A stretch of 64,000 nt of DNA, taken from assembly GCF_000143415.4 (NCBI RefSeq), contig NW_003314306.1:776897-840896 (forward strand), written 5' to 3'. Under the pieces are notes generated by a model, which saw nothing but the letters and a program-made list of their open reading frames with translations, did not search any database and was not told the origin of the DNA. Shown in pieces: positions 23,893-35,800 of the stretch. Every line of letters starts with the position of its first letter. Position 1 is the first letter of the stretch. The DNA is from Selaginella moellendorffii (Eukaryota; Plantae; Lycopodiophyta). The position numbers and the translations under genes were made by a program.

Positions 23893-23976
23893 GGAGTTTG
23901 ATAGTATACTACGAGCCACTAATTAGTGGCTTAATTAGTAGCTTAATTAGTGGCTCCCAACATACTATCAAACTCC
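23893..23976. repeat. 84-bp inverted repeat/hairpin
   Basis: GGAGTTTGATAGTAT pairs with ATACTATCAAACTCC, and GAGCCACTAATTA pairs with TAATTAGTGGCTC. Confidence 0.8.
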
Positions 23977-24985
23977 TCATCATTCTACCTCAGCCTCTCC
24001 AAGGCTGGCTCAGCTTGGGATTCTTTTAACTAATGCAACCTCTTCAATTTGTGAAGTTGGCCACAAGTATTGAAATTGTTCTAATTTCTTAAATGCTTCT
24101 TGATGTTTTCATCTTGTATGGTTTTTTTTATTAAAAAAAACTATTTTAAATTCCCAAAGCAAACCAATAATTTTTATAGCACAATAAATTACTTAATGGT
24201 CCAGAAATTCGTTTAAAGGTGTTTTAGTAGTTATGGTGTTATTGATTTTCTTTGAGATCTGGCCAAAAAAATTGCTTTAAAAGTGACTTTTGGTATGTGA
24301 GTGGTGTATTGGGATTAGATCCCTCCTTGTGAGTGTTTGAGGTGCATTGGTGGGTTTTGCAGTTAAGACATTATAACTTATGTGACGCTAAATATTCATT
24401 AAGCTATGTAGGGAATTAACATAAATTTCTTTTTGAAATTATTATCCACCAGAAATTAGCCTTGAGATAGCTTTTTTACTATTGAAAAACACATTAACTT
24501 AGAAATGGACCAGCCTCGCCTAGGGACAAACCGTGGCTGAGCTCTAAATTTCGTTGGTGTAAAACCAACAGCTGCGATATGTTACCTTTGGACGGCTCGA
24601 GACGCGTTCAAGTAAACGGCTGCGATAGGCCATGCAACCAACGGCTGCGATAATTGCACCCCGTTGTCTCTTCCAAGTTAGGTCACCCTAATTCCCAGAG
24701 GGATTGATTGGAGGGAGCGGTGCGGAGCGAGCGAAGATCTTGTCGTCGCCTGTTGGGAATGATCCATGCCCGGGTAGGCGCCGCTGGCCAGTGTGATGAG
24801 ATCGTATGGACGAGGCAAAGGAATCGCAGCGGTCACTGAGCCGCTGGATTGATGACGGGATTTGTCCATGGAAATTGTGGGGTTTAGGTGCAATGGCTGG
24901 AACGATGCCCCGATCTGTCAAAATTCTCGACGATTGCTGTGCTGCTGCGGCTCATTCCTTAGACAATCCGATTATGGAGCCCATT

Positions 24986-25085
24986 NNNNNNNNNNNNNNN
25001 NNNNNNNNNNNNNNNNNNNNNNNNNNNNNNNNNNNNNNNNNNNNNNNNNNNNNNNNNNNNNNNNNNNNNNNNNNNNNNNNNNNNN
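24986..25085. other. Assembly gap (100 N)
   Basis: Run of N. Confidence 1.
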
Positions 25086-27056
25086 ATGCAGAGGTATATC
25101 ACAAAACTTTCTCACTCTCAGAGTTTTTTTCTTCCTTTTTTCTCCTTTAAAAGGTACCAAGTCATCAAACAAGTTGGAGATGGAACGTATGGCAGTGTGT
25201 GGAAGGCAATTGATCGATGTACGAATGAATTTGTAAGTCGAGCGCTTTTTTCTGGTCCAGTTTTACTTATTCTTGTACGTTTTGCGTTTCAGGTTGCAAT
25301 CAAGAAAATGAAAACCAAGTTTCACGGATGGGAAGAATGCATGAATTTGCGGGAAGTGAAGGTCAGTTTCCTTGCTTTTTGTTTAGCATCGTGAATCTTA
25401 TGCGGAAGTTTTGGCTTCAGTGTCTTCAACGCTTAGATCATCCCAATATTGTCCAGCTAAAGGAGGTGATCTGGGAACATGGAGAGCTGTTTCTTGTCTT
25501 CGAGTATATGGTAAAAAAATCTATTGATGGTTTCGTGACACGAACTTGTTTTTCCATTTTTTTTTTTTCAATTTGTAGGAATGCAACTTGTATCAAGTCA
25601 TGAAGGACCGATCCAAGATGCTTTCGGAAGAGCGAATTAGGATCTGGAGTTTCCAGGTGCTTCGAGCATTGGACTACATGCACCAACATGGGATATTTCA
25701 CAGAGATCTCAAACCAGGTTTGGTATTTTCATCTTTAGGCTTTCATGAGTTTGTAATGTATTCTGTTCCAACAGAAAACCTTTTAGTTTCCGATGAGGCT
25801 ATCAAAGTGGCTGATTTTGGACTCGCTCGAGAAGTATACTCAGTGGCTCCATATACTGATTACGTTGCTACGAGATGGTAGTCCGTTTTTTTATAAGTCA
25901 CTTCTAGATTAACGTTATCTTTTCAGGTATCGGGCGCCAGAGGTGCTTCTTCAGGCACCTTCTTACAGTTACGCAATTGGTATGTCCGCTATAAAGCTTG
26001 AGTTCCGTTATTCACCGTTATTTTTTGGCAGACATATGGGCAATGGGAGCCATTATGGCCGAGCTTTTCAATTTGCAACCTTTGTTCCCAGGAGCCAGGT
26101 GTGTAACTTGTGAAGCTTAGTCTGAGATTCTTAAAGTCCTGGTTTTGCAGTGAAGCAGACGAGATTTACAAAATATGTTCTGTTCTTGGCTCTCCGAACT
26201 ATCACACTTGGCCGGATGGGATGCAACTCGCTGTTCGTAAAGGCTTTCGATTTCCTCAGGTGATGTTCAGCTCTTTCACGATTAGTTTTTGACGATTCCT
26301 TTGGCAGTTTGCGCCGGCGGGGCTGCAAAGTTTAATACCTTCGGCTAGCCCAGCTGCGGTGGACATGATATCTGTAAGTTTGTTTGAATATAGATCCACC
26401 AGAGCTAATGTAAATTGCTTTCCTTGCAGGCTATGCTGTGCTGGGATCCAAACAGGAGACCGACGGCGTATCAACTGCGACAGCATCCTTTCTTTTACCA
26501 GTTTGGCTTATGCATTCCTCCTCCGATTGAAAGGCCATACGTCATCACCATCGACCCAGACGAGCAAGGTAAAATCTTTTGAAACCAAACTCAAAACTCA
26601 CGGCGAGCTCTGGCAGCTGATTATAACTACTACCGCCGAGGGCAGATTCACAATACAGGCTACAGCCAACCACTGCAAGAGCTAAGCTTATTCCCTTCTG
26701 GCAAGCTGAGAAACCAGCAGCATTCGAGTCTGGCTTCCAAAGGTAAGTTTGCGCTTTTGGTTTTTGGCTTGGAACTTAGCTAAAGTGACAACTTTGCAGC
26801 TTTCTCGTATGGTTTTCCTGATGTCATACCTTGCATCAAGCGGCCTGTGGCTGGACTTGGCATCAGCAGCAAGTAAGTGGAACTATGGATAAAATATCGA
26901 AAGGATGCTTGACGTGTTTGCTTCTTCTCTTCCAGGCATGTTTGCTCGGGTGAGGATCTAAGCTTGAGCACGGCAAGTGGTGGAGGTAGGAATCCAATGC
27001 TGCAATTTGGGGAGAATGACTACTTGGCTCTTCAAGTATACCAGGGATACCCGTGA
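25086..27056 (+). CDS. MHK: MAK/MHK-like (RCK family, CDKF;4-like) Ser/Thr kinase, multi-exon
   Basis: MQR|[35 protein letters not shown] and [22 protein letters not shown]. The C-terminal exons splice in frame to TGA at 27054-27056. Confidence 0.9.
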
Positions 27057-27111
27057 TGATCTTCTCAGCTTCTAGCAAAGGTTTCAAAGATATTAATGTT
27101 ATTCCTAACAG

Positions 27112-28833
27112 ATGACACATAAAGAAGACTATAAATCTATGGATCAAACAGAATGCCTTCGTCTAATCAATTCTTGTGGCAATCTTTCACGAGTCCGGGA
27201 AGTTCACTCGATCTTGAAACGCTCCCATGGAAACGCTCTTCTTGGAGATTCCTTTGTTTGTAACAAGCTCATTGAGATGTATGGCAAGTGTGGGAGCCCT
27301 GGCGATGCCAAGTCCGTGTTTGACGAGATGGGCTTCTCGAATTCCATCTCCTGGGGCGTGCTTCTCCTGGCATACACTCGAAATGGCCTCCTGGGCGATG
27401 CCAAACTCCTCTTCGACTCCATGCCTGGCAAGAACATCGTCTGCGCCACGACGATCCTCACTGCGTTTGCGCAATCTGGAGACGTTGCCAGAGCCAAGGA
27501 GGCCTTTGATTCCATGCCTTTGCACAATTTGGTGGCTTGGAATGCGATTCTAAGTGCCTTTGCCAGACATAGGCATTTGGAAATCGCGAAGGCGGTGTTT
27601 GATTCTATGCCGGAGCACGATCTCATATCGTGTACTACACTTCTCACAGCTTATACACAAGATTACTTTCTTCTTCACGCAGTGAAAACGTTTGAAACAA
27701 TGCCAGAAAGAGATATAGTTTCGTGGACGGCAATGTTAACTGCATATGCCGTGTCCGGGAATCTTGAATCTGCGCATGATACTTTTCAAAACATGCCGGA
27801 GCGGAATCTCGTCTCGTGGAACGCCATGTTGGCGGCATATTCGCAAAGCGGGAATCTTAAAGAAGCTAGGAATCTTTATAGAGATGTCCCCGAGACGGAT
27901 CTTGTGACCTGGAATCTCTTGCTCACTCTAGATGCCCAAAGCGGGAACCTGTCACTGGTAAAAGAAACTTTTGACGTGAAAATGCCCCAGCACAATCTGG
28001 TCTCCTGGAACGTAATACTGTCGTCATACTGTCAAGCTACGCGTATCGAAGACGCCAAATGTATTTTTGATTCTATACCATCACTCAACCTCATTTCTTG
28101 GAACACAATGTTGGCAGCATATACTAGAGCAGGGCATCTTGATGATGCTAAGTTCTTGTTTGAGAGAATGCCGCAGAAAGACATTCTATCCTGGACATCT
28201 ATTCTGACTGCTGTTTCTCAAGAGGGTGATTTAGAGTGCTTTGAGTCTGTTTTCTATCGCATGCCAGCCAGAGATTCCTTCGCCTGGGCCACCATGGTTA
28301 TGGCGTACACCCAAAACGGGCATCTTCGCAAAGCAAAATTTTGCTTTGATCGAATTCCAGTGTGGGATATCATCTCCTGGACTTCTGTTCTTGCGAGTTT
28401 TACTCACAAAAGAAACCCCGCAGAGTCTCTACACCTCTTTGGATCGATGGAGATGCTGGATCCTCCAGACCAAGCTTGCTTCACGTCAGTTTTGATCTCT
28501 TGCAGCCACGGAGGCAAGGTTGAGTCGGGAAGATCCTGTTTCCTTTCCATGAGAATGAACTATGGGATCCAACCCACAAGGCAGCATTTTTGCTGCATGG
28601 TGGATCTTCTAGCCAGAGCTGGGCATCTGGTGGAAGCCCAAGAACTCATCACAAACATGCCTTTTGTTCCTGATGCTTTCGACTGGACTTGCTTGCTCTC
28701 GAGCTGTAGAAGCTACAGAGACTTTGATCAAGGTGGCGAAGCTGCGAAACAAGCGATCTCCATGTTTCCAACCGGAGAAGCTGCGTATGTTTTGCTGGCA
28801 GCGAATACCATTCAAGCTCTTCATCCCGGATGA
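27112..28833 (+). CDS. PLS-class PPR protein made mainly of 31-aa SS-type motifs, E-domain C-terminus, no DYW
   Basis: Repeated (N/D)xVSWNxML.AYxxxG units, then HFCCMVDLLARAG and MPFVPD..W..LLSSC. Confidence 0.92.
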   Translation: MTHKEDYKSMDQTECLRLINSCGNLSRVREVHSILKRSHGNALLGDSFVCNKLIEMYGKCGSPGDAKSVFDEMGFSNSISWGVLLLAYTRNGLLGDAKLLFDSMPGKNIVCATTILTAFAQSGDVARAKEAFDSMPLHNLVAWNAILSAFARHRHLEIAKAVFDSMPEHDLISCTTLLTAYTQDYFLLHAVKTFETMPERDIVSWTAMLTAYAVSGNLESAHDTFQNMPERNLVSWNAMLAAYSQSGNLKEARNLYRDVPETDLVTWNLLLTLDAQSGNLSLVKETFDVKMPQHNLVSWNVILSSYCQATRIEDAKCIFDSIPSLNLISWNTMLAAYTRAGHLDDAKFLFERMPQKDILSWTSILTAVSQEGDLECFESVFYRMPARDSFAWATMVMAYTQNGHLRKAKFCFDRIPVWDIISWTSVLASFTHKRNPAESLHLFGSMEMLDPPDQACFTSVLISCSHGGKVESGRSCFLSMRMNYGIQPTRQHFCCMVDLLARAGHLVEAQELITNMPFVPDAFDWTCLLSSCRSYRDFDQGGEAAKQAISMFPTGEAAYVLLAANTIQALHPG

Positions 28834-28859
28834 ATCACTTTGGCAAGAGTGTGAAATTT

Positions 28860-31141
28860 CTACCAGTACTCACCACAGGAGCAAGTTCCATCCCTGTAAA
28901 CATGGAGCCTGCTTGCGTCCCGGCAGACAATGCTCCGCCCCTCCACCCTCGAGATAAACCCAAGAACTTCATGACACTCGTCGCAAACTCTCAGATTCTT
29001 GCTGATCCGGATCGTCGTTCCAGGAGCCGTGTTGACGAGCGCGCAAGCCACAGCGATCCTCTCGCAGTGCCCGCACAGCGACACCATCTTCTCGCCACCG
29101 CCACCCTCGAAACCCCGAAGAACATCCCGCAACTTCGCCGCGATCTCCAGACTTTGGGGATGGTTCTCGAGATCCCCGGCCATGAAGCAGTGAACTATAC
29201 CAGATCTGTCGCTCCACCAGCATCGCCCAGCTTGTTTCCAGTCGCCGCAATCCCTCCGGAGCCACTCCACTCGAAGCTGCTCGCTCCACATCCCTGTGCT
29301 CGCGTACAAGCTCGACATCAAGAGATAGACCGCCGTGTCTCGCCGATCCAACCGAATCAAGCTCTCAAACGCGATCCTTCCCACGGCCACATTTTTCCAC
29401 TTCTTACACGCCGCCAGGAGCGTCCTCCAAGTCACTGTGCTTGGCTCGAAAGGCATGGCTTGGATCAAAGCGAGAGCGTCGTCTACCCGGTTTGCTCTGC
29501 CGCGGATATCAACCATGCAGTGGTAGTGCTCGATGCTTGGAGTGACCGCAAACTTGGAGCTCATCGATCCAAACCAAGCCTCGCCAGTCTCCACTAAACC
29601 AGCGTGGCTGCAAGCGCTGAGTATGCACAGCAGCGTGATCCCGTCAACTTCCAACCCCTCGTCCACCATTCCATGGAAGAGATCAAACACTCCTTTGGTA
29701 TCGCCCTGGCGGCCATAGCCAAAGAGAAGCGCCGTCCAAGTTACCGAGTCTCGGGACGAGAGTGACTCAAAGATCCGGTGTGATTCATCCATGCTTCCAC
29801 AGCGAGAGTGGAAATCAAGCACGCAGCTCGCGAGCCCTGCCTCGTTTTCCAGACCAGTCCGGCAAACTTCAGCGTATATCTTCTTCCCCGCGTCGAGAGC
29901 TACGAGGATCTCACAAGCTTTGAGCCCAGCGGCGAAAGTTCTCGCGTCTGGAGCGTATCCTTCGAGCTTCATGCGCGAGAAGAGCTCAAGGGCGGCATCG
30001 CCATGGCCGTTCTCGGCGTAGCCGAGGATGAGAGCGTTCCAGGAGACCAAACTTCTCGAAGCCATCCTCTCGAAGACACCCCGAGCATCGATCACGCTCC
30101 CACACTTGCAGTACATATCCACGAGCGTGTTGGAGACGAAGGTGGTCATCTCCCTGCCGAGGATCATCTCGGCCTTGCGGTGGATCTCTCTCCCTCTCTC
30201 GAGGCTCAAAACTTTCACGACTCTCCCGTCGATCTGCTCGCCGGTTTCCTTCTCGGCCAGATTCGAGCAAGCCTTGAGCGCCGCGAGGAAAGTTCTAGCG
30301 TTTGAAACGCAGCCTCTTTGTTCCAATCCTTTCAGCAAATCCATAGCCGCGACTTCTTCTCCATTTTCGGCAAGTACCAGCATCAAAGCGTTGCAAGAGA
30401 CCAGATCGTGCTGAGGCATGCTCGCGAAAACTCTCCGAGCGTCGCCCAAGCTCCCACACTTGGAGTAGAAGGTGACGAGAGCGCTCGCCAAGAACAAGCT
30501 CGAGCATCCATCCTTCACAGCCCCGTCATGGACCTCCATCCCCTTCTCCAGAGCTCTAACTTTCACGATCCTTCCATCGGCCAGCTTCTTCCCAGGCTCT
30601 CTAGCGGTCAGGCTCGAACAAGCTCTCAATCCAGCCAGGTAGCTCGCGGCATCTAGACGAATCCCGGAAGAAGTCCTGAAACTCGAGAAGAGCTTGATCG
30701 CGAGCTCTGGCTCATCGTTGTCTACGTAGCCATTGATGAGCGCTGTCCAGGCGATCACGTCGTGGTTCTCCATCTCGTCGAATGCTCGCTGCGCTTCCAC
30801 CATGCTGCCACACTTGGCGTACATATCGATCATCGTGTTCGCGACTACCGCGCATTTCTTCGCTGAGTCACCAATCCCGGAAGCCTCCATCTCCGCGTGT
30901 GCTCTCCTCGCCCTTTGCAAGTCCCTGGACATGGCGCAGCCCTTGAGCGTGGCGATGAGCATGGAGATCTTGGTCCTCTCCTTTCGAATCGCGGCGGCCT
31001 GGTCACTTGCAAGGAGATGGAGGTGAGAGATCGAGGATTTCTTGTAGATAGCACTTACATTGTGAATTGGAGGCCATCGCCAGGGAGAGACGCGCCCTCA
31101 TGGATCCATCGCAAGCGAATGGGCTGTGCCCATCGACGCAT
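28860..31141 (-). CDS. PLS-DYW PPR RNA-editing factor, with an upstream exon encoding a likely organellar transit peptide
   Basis: HCERIA...KNLRVCDECH...CSCGEYW. Exon 1 (MRRWAQPIRLRW...) splices in frame via GTAAGT..TTGCAAG. Confidence 0.9.
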
Positions 31142-31300
31142 TCTATAAACCCTAAACCTAAGTCCATGCCACGTAGGTGCCAAGTGTGCTATTTGACCGT
31201 AATTGACCGTCGGTCGTTGACTTTCTTTGAAACGACGAATATGCCACACGTGTCTCAAGGAAGCCCGTGAATATAGGGCTTGCAGTTTTGCCTCGCTAGT
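31142..31300. promoter_or_regulatory. Divergent promoter region between the PPR-DYW and LOV/LOV genes (telo-box, G-box/ABRE)
   Basis: AAACCCTAA at 31148 and CACACGTGTC at ~31244. Confidence 0.45.
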
Positions 31301-32028
31301 GATCTAGGAGAATAATCGTCGTGCGTGGCGCATTCCTGTGTCGGGGCTCGCGATTTCTACGCGCCGATCATTCCACCGGCGCCACAAAGGTTATCTGGAT
31401 CTAGTCGGCATTCCTGCTCCTCTTCTTGCTAGTGATCGGATTCCAGCTACAGTCGCTCGCGATTGCGAGGTTTCTTGCGAAATATTTGCTGTCGAGTGTC
31501 GAATTCGTCATTCCGGAGCTCGGCCGATTCGCCGCTCGCGGGATTTCTTGAAAGCTCCTCTTCCTAGTCTCGGATTCTTCATTCTCGTTCCTCTCTCGGA
31601 TCCACGGTACCGACGTTTGTGAGGTTTTCTTGCTTCCTAGAGTCGAATTCGTTCCCCTTGCTCCCAATTTTTGTGGGATTTCTTTGACTTTGTGGTCGAA
31701 TTTCGCATTCTTTCTCTCCTCTTCTAGCGATCGCTGTCGAGATTTCTTGAGCTGGGAGAGTGATCAGCGGCATTTCCCATGGAAGATTTCTTGCAAGATA
31801 GAGTGTCAGCAAATTTGTACTGGTCTTTATCCGAGACTTAACTTTTATCGTTTACTTCTCGCAGGGTAAAGTTACTCAAACTCAAAGATAAGCTGGCGCG
31901 GCGACTAGATTTTTTCTTTTAGATTGCGTTCCGTGAATCACGCAATCTCGGCCACCGATCACAGGCCGAGAATCAAGCTTTGACGATCTCCATCGATCTC
32001 TTTACGGGGGGCCACACCACACGTATGG

Positions 32029-33541
32029 ATGGCGCTACAAAATGGATCCCTCCTTTCATCAGACCGGAAATGTGTGAGGAGCCCGCGCATGAAGAACCAC
32101 AAGCTCATCGTCTCCCAGTCCTTGATCCGCTCCTACCGCGCCAGTATCCAGGATGAGCTCCAGAAGCACGCCTACAACTTCGTCCTCTGCGACCCAGGCC
32201 TTCCGGACCATCCCATTGTCTACGCCAGCGATGGTTTTCTCGAGATGACGGGGTATAGCAGGGACGAGGTCCTGGGAAGGAACTGCCGGTTTTTGCAAGG
32301 CCGGGACACGGACAAGCGGGCTATCGTCGAGATACGAGAGGCGATTCGTGAAGAACGGGACTGTCAGATCAAGATCCTGAACTACACAAAGGCTGGCAAG
32401 CCGTTTTGGAACCTGTTCCATTTGGCGCCCGTCTTCTCGCAGCAGGATGGCCGGGTGGTGCATTTCGTGGGAGTTCAACTTCCCATATCTTCGAAGCTTG
32501 CGGCTCGCAAGGACGGGCATTTGACGGGGCTGGAACTTTCGTTTGACGAGCTCGAGTTTGAAGAACATTTTGGTAAGGCTTTTGTTGTTTCTTTTGCTTG
32601 AACGATGAATCTGTTCACCCGCAGATAACCCCTCGTGCAAGAATTATCACTTGAGCGAGGAAGACAAACAAAGAGCTTTCGCGGCAGTCAAGGCTGTGCT
32701 ACAGGAGCTGGCCAACTCGAGCTGCAAGGGAGTCAGTTCTATGAGAAGTAAGTCTTTCTCCGAGGGTGTGATCCCTCCAGGATTCGTGGCCACCTCGTTG
32801 TTGTTGGCTCTAACTAGAATCCCACACAGTTTCGTCCTGTAAGTTCAGTAGCTCTCTCTTTCGCTTTCGTTTTTGTCTTGAGGCTTGATATAGTTTGTTT
32901 TTGCAGAACAGATCCTCATCTTCCTGATATGCCGATCGTACACGCGAGCCTTGAGTTTCTGGAGCTAACAGGTTTTGTTCTACTTTAAATGTAGAATTCT
33001 AATGCATGGCCATGAAACCGTGCAGGATACACGCGAGAAGAAGTCATTGGTCGGAATTGTAGATTCTTGCAAGGACCTGACACTGATCTAGCGCCAATCG
33101 AGGAGGTAAACTTTGTTGAAGCTACAAGTTTCCTGCTTCATCCTTATCTTTCGTCAGCTACGATCGAGTATATCTGAGGGGCAAACTTGCACTGTCCGCA
33201 TTCTAAACTACAGGTAACATTCTCCTCTCGGCCTGTTAATAAACGACTTGATAATCCTTGCTACCAGGAAGAACAAGGAACCCTTCTGGAACTCCTTACA
33301 CATTTCTCCGGTGCGAAACTCAAGTGGAAAGGTTGTAAGTCTATTTCTTACGCACTCCTTGAAATGTTCTCCTTTTCAGGTAGCATACTACGCGGGAATT
33401 CAAGTAGCTGTATCTCATTCTAGCGAAGAGGACGAAGGGAGAGCTCGTATGCAGCAGTTGGGCACTTTGGGAGCTATAAAGGTGGCAGTGAGAAGCATAC
33501 AGACTGGGGCGGTACTGCGAAAATCGAAAACCATAAGTTGA
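32029..33541 (+). CDS. PLP: LOV/LOV protein (PAS/LOV, LLP/PLP/TLP1) blue-light sensor
   Basis: Two LOV domains, each with GRNCRFLQG, and no kinase or F-box. C-terminus [14 protein letters not shown] is typical of LLPs. Confidence 0.92.
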
Positions 33542-34757
33542 AAACATATCAACGCGATTTGTGAAAATGTGATCACAGGTTTGTAATGTTTTGGATTTGA
33601 GATCAGGCAACCTTTCGTTGCTCCTTTGAAGTAAAATTTTCTCCAAGCCAAAACTTATAACAAGGAAAAATGCAAAAATAAACTCTCTGTGTGTGCTTGT
33701 TTATATATATATAATAATTTTGCCTAAGTTAGTATGTAGATTGTTAATTTAGGACATTTACTCTTATATCCCTCACAAAATGATGTTTAAGTTTAAGGTT
33801 TTTTTAATTTTTATTATTAATAATAAAATATATATAAATTAGAGGGAAGAAAAGTGTGGCACTTATTATTTTACGAATAATTTTTTTTAGATGGTTATTG
33901 ATTAGCTAATTGATATTAGCTTAAAATTGTTATACTTTATAGCTTTCTAAAAAAAATATTAGAAATGAATGATATGTTCAGAAAATAGTTACTTAAAAAA
34001 ATGGCATCTTTATAATTAATCATTTATAATATTCAAATGAATATCTCTATTTTTTATTATTTAATTTTAATAACATTTTTTATCAATTGCTATAATGTAA
34101 ATTTTTCTCATAGAATTACTAAATTTATAAAACTTATTCAATGTTATTATAATCTTTGATTGTTCTTCTGCATTAAACCATAACCTGTTTACTATGAGTT
34201 TGTTTCTTCCATGTGGATGAAGAAGATTGAAATTCTCTTGTTTGGAAGTTCATTTATAGAGTGCTCACAAAAAGTAAATAAATGTGATATCTAACATTTT
34301 TATTCTTGTCAAAGTTTATATTAAACATTTATTTTAATTTCACAAAATCAAAATTATACTTCCCATTATTAGGAAAAATGCTATTACAAACTGTATGTTT
34401 AGCATCATAAGAATTTTTCTACAAATATAATAGCCTAAATTATTAAAAGATGTAAATTGAAAAACTATAGAATAGTCAAAGAATTAATTTTGTAAACATT
34501 TAAACTCATGCAAGTAAGAAATTGTTTTTTCTGTTAGTGATTTTATATATCCTTATGCTTTCAGGATAACTTCATGCCCATGTACGGTTGTCCCCAGGCT
34601 AAATGTAAACGATTAAATTTCCTCAGTTCTTTTATCAACTTGAAAATGCTAAAATGTGGTAACTGCTAAGATTTTGGCTAAAATTTTCGTTAGAGCGGGG
34701 TGGAATTTGATACATGGCACAGATCAAGCACTGGAGTAGCCTGCATTGTTCGTTCTT

Positions 34758-35196
34758 TCACGATTCATACTCTAGAACAAGGAAGAGTACGTAGAAAAGT
34801 TGTGTTCCTCCCGCTACAATCGCCAAGGCCTCAAGAATTTTCTGCAAGCATCCAAGAAATCGAGTTTGGGAGAAAGAAAAGAAGGGAGAAGATTTCACTT
34901 ACCAGTCTATCCTGTTTGACAGAACCCAGGATGATGTGCTTGGCAGAAAAGCTGTCAAAAAAGAAGTGGGTTGTAGGTAAATCTTCTTAGAACTATACCC
35001 AGCGGCAAGAAGTAAGAGGACGAGGGCGATGACTCCCACGCACACTGCTCCCACTATAGTTTCATGCTTATGATGCCTGGCATGTAACAGTCCTATCATG
35101 GCCGATGCCACTCCCACTGCGGCGGCTGTGAGGGAGAATCTCACCAAGTCGAAGATGGCGTTGTTGTCTACACACATTTTCCATGGAGGATTCATG

Positions 35197-35264
<68 letters not shown>

Positions 35265-35404
35265 TTACCTGCTAGCGCGGAGAGGTCATTGAGTTGATGG
35301 TTTACTTCAAAGCTTGCCAGGCCCAAGAGCGTGAGATCAGCAGAAAGAGCTAGAACCAGCAAAGCCAGCAGAGGAGATGAGCTTTTTCCTCGCTTCATTG
35401 CCAT
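34758..35404 (-). CDS. AWPM-19-like (PM19L) membrane protein, 3 exons
   Basis: Four hydrophobic helices: LLVLALSADLTLLGLASFEVN, NNAIFDLVRFSLTAAAVGVAS, VIALVLLLLAAG and ILEALAIVAGGTQLFY. Intron 1 carries (CT)n(CA)n. Confidence 0.7.
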
Positions 35405-35800
35405 ATTCCTACTCTTCTCTTTGAATCGATCTTCTAGCCGCAAATTCTATAAGATTTCCAACAAATTTATCACAAACACCACCTATTTCTTTCTTTTCTT
35501 TCACTCCCTCTTGCAAGCCCCCAAACATTTCTTTTATACCGAAGCTCGACGATCAGAATTTTGGAACTTCCTGTCCTCGCCCCTCGTATGCATCGTGCCG
35601 TACCTATGCATTTCTGCGTGTGAGAGGAACAGTACACTATAGAGTGCTTTGAATGTTTAGTGAATATGCCCTTCAACGGTCAACACGAGCATTATCTCCT
35701 AGTCAACGCAAAATAAACGTGGGGCATTTGCAAGATCTAGGCATGGCGCTTCTCTTCTCTTTCCCCATTGATTTCTCCAAAAGCGAGGAATTGGATCGAG

